From: an uncultured Acidobacteriaceae bacterium
GTDB taxonomy: Bacteria > Acidobacteriota > Terriglobia > Terriglobales > Acidobacteriaceae
Assembly (NCBI GenBank): GCA_963709415.1
Contig: CAVPWH010000010.1
Location: 719,228 to 783,227 of the forward strand
DNA length: 64,000 nt
Direction: 5' to 3'
Part shown: in pieces, positions 62,001-64,000 of the stretch
How positions within the stretch are numbered: the first letter of the stretch is position 1
Layout: every line of letters starts with the position of its first letter
Notes under the pieces: model-generated
Databases searched by the model: none
The model's input: the letters and a program-made list of their open reading frames with translations, nothing else
Told to the model about the DNA's origin: nothing
Translations under genes and position numbers: made by a program

Positions 62001-63088
62001 ATCGAGCGAGTTGAGGGCCTCACGGAAGCGCGCGGAGGCGAGCCGCTTCTTCGGCCTCGGCGACAAGCTGACGCACCTGCTCGGCGCGCTGCAAACGCGC
62101 CAGATTCTGCTGCACAGATCCCAGGAACTGCCGGGCGCCGGTGTGTTGCGGGTCGATTCTGACCAGTTGGAGAAGAACCTCGCGTGCGCGCCCGAACTGC
62201 TGTTCACCGGTCAGGCGCTCGGCATCGCCGAACAATTCGGAGACCTGTCCTTTCTTCAAGCTCTTCGCTCAGGCGCATGCAGGTCGGCGGCAAAATCTTC
62301 GGCCGTGGCATAGCGCTGTCGAAGGGTCTTTGGCGAGAGCGCGGTCGAGGATTGCGTCCAGTGCCGGCGGGTAGGTGGAGAGGAAATTCTTCGAGCGGCG
62401 GCGCAGGCTCATTGACCAGCTTCTGCAACACCGCCATGTCTTCACCGGCGAAAGGCAACTGCCCGGTCAGCAGAAGATAGAGCATGACGCCGGTGGAGAA
62501 GATGTCGGAGCGGCCATCGAACGGCAGGCCTTTGAGTCGTTCGGGGGCGATGTAGTGGATGGTGCCGATCACGTTGCCGGTTCGCGTCAGCCCGCCTTCG
62601 GCGCCGGAACTCTGCACGCGAGCGATGCCGAAGTCGACGATCTTGGCGTGTCCGTCGGGCTGCACGATCACATTGGCGGGCTTGATGTCGCGATGAACGA
62701 CTCCGCGCTGATGGGCATATCCGAGAGCGGCGCAGACCTGCTCGATGATGCTCAGTTTCTCCAGGAGGGGCAATTGCCGGCCGGAGGAGATGAGTTTGTC
62801 GAGCGGATCGCCGTCGACATACTCCATGACGATGAAGGGCATGCCGTCCTCGTCGCCCAGATCGTAAACAATGACAATGTTCGGGTGCTGCAGGATTCCA
62901 GCCTGCGCCTCGCGATAGAACCGCTCAAGCATTTCGGGCTGTCCGGAAAAACCCTCGGTGAGGGTTTTGATGGCGACCTGGCGGCCAATGCGCTTATCCT
63001 CGGCACGGTAGACAACTCCCATGCCGCCGCGGCCGAGGATGCCCGTGATCTCGTACTTCCCAATCTTCTTTTTTTCTGTCGCATCCAC
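59053..63088 (-). CDS. Hanks-type Ser/Thr kinase with long helical (TPR-like) region, TM segment and extracellular PEGA/Ig-like domains; frameshifted
   Basis: LGRGGMGVVY, VAIK, HRDIKPAN, DFGIA, YIAPE, SDIFSTG; TM LIPLMAGAALLVVVAAIAIWF; PEGA-like GFLTVRSTPGATVSID. Confidence 0.88.
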
Positions 63089-63716
63089 GATTTTTGCCAG
63101 ACACTGCGTCAGCGGGGGCTTGTACTCAGATGGGAAGCAGAAAACAACGTGACCCAGGAAGCGGCTGCCCGTCTGATTCGCACTGACTCGCAGAAACACG
63201 GTAGCATGAATATGGCATCAGAGCCAAGTGCCTCTAGTAACTGAAGTTCGAGGTTTTCCTGGCGACACGCGATCTCAAAGTCTCCTTGCTGCTGAAAGCC
63301 CCTCGAAGCAAGTTCCTGGTTGTCGCAAGCATGAATGAGATGGTGTGGGAATCCTGGGTGGTCCGGAAATTCGCAATCAAGGGGTCAAGAAGATCGGCTG
63401 AATGCTTTTGCCTTCGATGTCCTTTGTCAGATTGAGACGGGTCGGAGACCAGGACGACGGGCAGAATTGCAGCAAGGAGCCATCGCCTGGAGCCAAGAAC
63501 AGCAGCTACAAAGGCGAGGAAGAACGCCGATGCCGATATAGGTATCCACAAATGGAAGAGCACTTTCATGCCTTCCAGGACGTGTTCCTTAGCGAAGTGC
63601 TGCCTCGCAATGCCTACAGCGATGCGAAGCGGCCGATGGACCGGGTTGAAGCGCACAGCCACCACGAAGCGCCGCAGTCCTTGTAAGGTGGCCCTTCGAC
63701 GGTGGCTGCAGGTTCC

Positions 63717-64000
63717 CTACTTATTGGCCTGCTGCTCGGCGAAGGCGCCAATAAATGGCAGTTTGAAGCGCTTGCCGTTCCAGGCGTTTACCAGGCACAC
63801 AATGAACACGATCAGCCAGAACAGGTTGATGAGGTTCATCAGGGCGAGGTGCAAGAACGGGACGAACACCCATGCCATCGCCAGCACGATGCTCAGCGCG
63901 ATGTTGATCACGAAGGCGGAAACGAAGAGTGCAATCGATTGCCACGCGTGAAAGCGAATGTACGGATTGTTCTTGAAGGGGTCCACGACGAGAAAGATCA
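63717..64000 (-). CDS. DUF4870/Tic20-like membrane protein (5' truncated by window edge)
   Basis: IRFHAWQSI...NAWNGKRFKLPFIGAFAE. Confidence 0.8.
   Translation of the reverse strand, partial: IFLVVDPFKNNPYIRFHAWQSIALFVSAFVINIALSIVLAMAWVFVPFLHLALMNLINLFWLIVFIVCLVNAWNGKRFKLPFIGAFAEQQANK

Noticed and set aside
63234-63686. Overlapping ORFs between the kinase and the DUF4870 gene
   Set aside because: One has a hydrophobic stretch, but no clear start, RBS or family match supports a call.

Overview
64 kb of GC-rich bacterial chromosome, most likely Acidobacteriota (Acidobacteriaceae-like). The assignment is inferred from gene content: an Oar-type TonB receptor, ASPIC/UnbV, an Ig-repeat lipoprotein, PEGA proteins and GGGTGCCCC-type REP hairpins. 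Housekeeping and envelope genes include the recA 3' end, uppS, ispA, SufT-like, coaD, aminotransferase, manC and UPF0182. Catabolic genes include dgoK-dgoA, a glucarate/galactarate cluster (lactonase, garD, gudD, Tat-signal UxuA-like, gudP, garL, garR) and hydantoinase A/B with an MFS transporter. There is one RHH-RelE/ParE toxin-antitoxin pair with a perfect operator palindrome and one putative nucleotidyltransferase pair, plus a TonB receptor-TPR-heptaheme cytochrome-ASPIC/UnbV operon, an RND efflux operon and a large Ser/Thr kinase. Two blocks (about 18.7-28.3 kb and 51.7-62.4 kb) contain many single-base frameshifts that look like long-read errors. No CRISPR array, rRNA or intact tRNA was found. 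The best novel candidates are (1) a membrane-targeted leader ORF ending FFVRPPP upstream of the RND operon, possibly a RAPP-like ribosome-arrest regulator, (2) the TonB/TPR/multiheme/ASPIC module with a LacI-type operator, (3) a degenerate tRNA-Val 3' half marking a likely att site, and (4) the nucleotidyltransferase pair.
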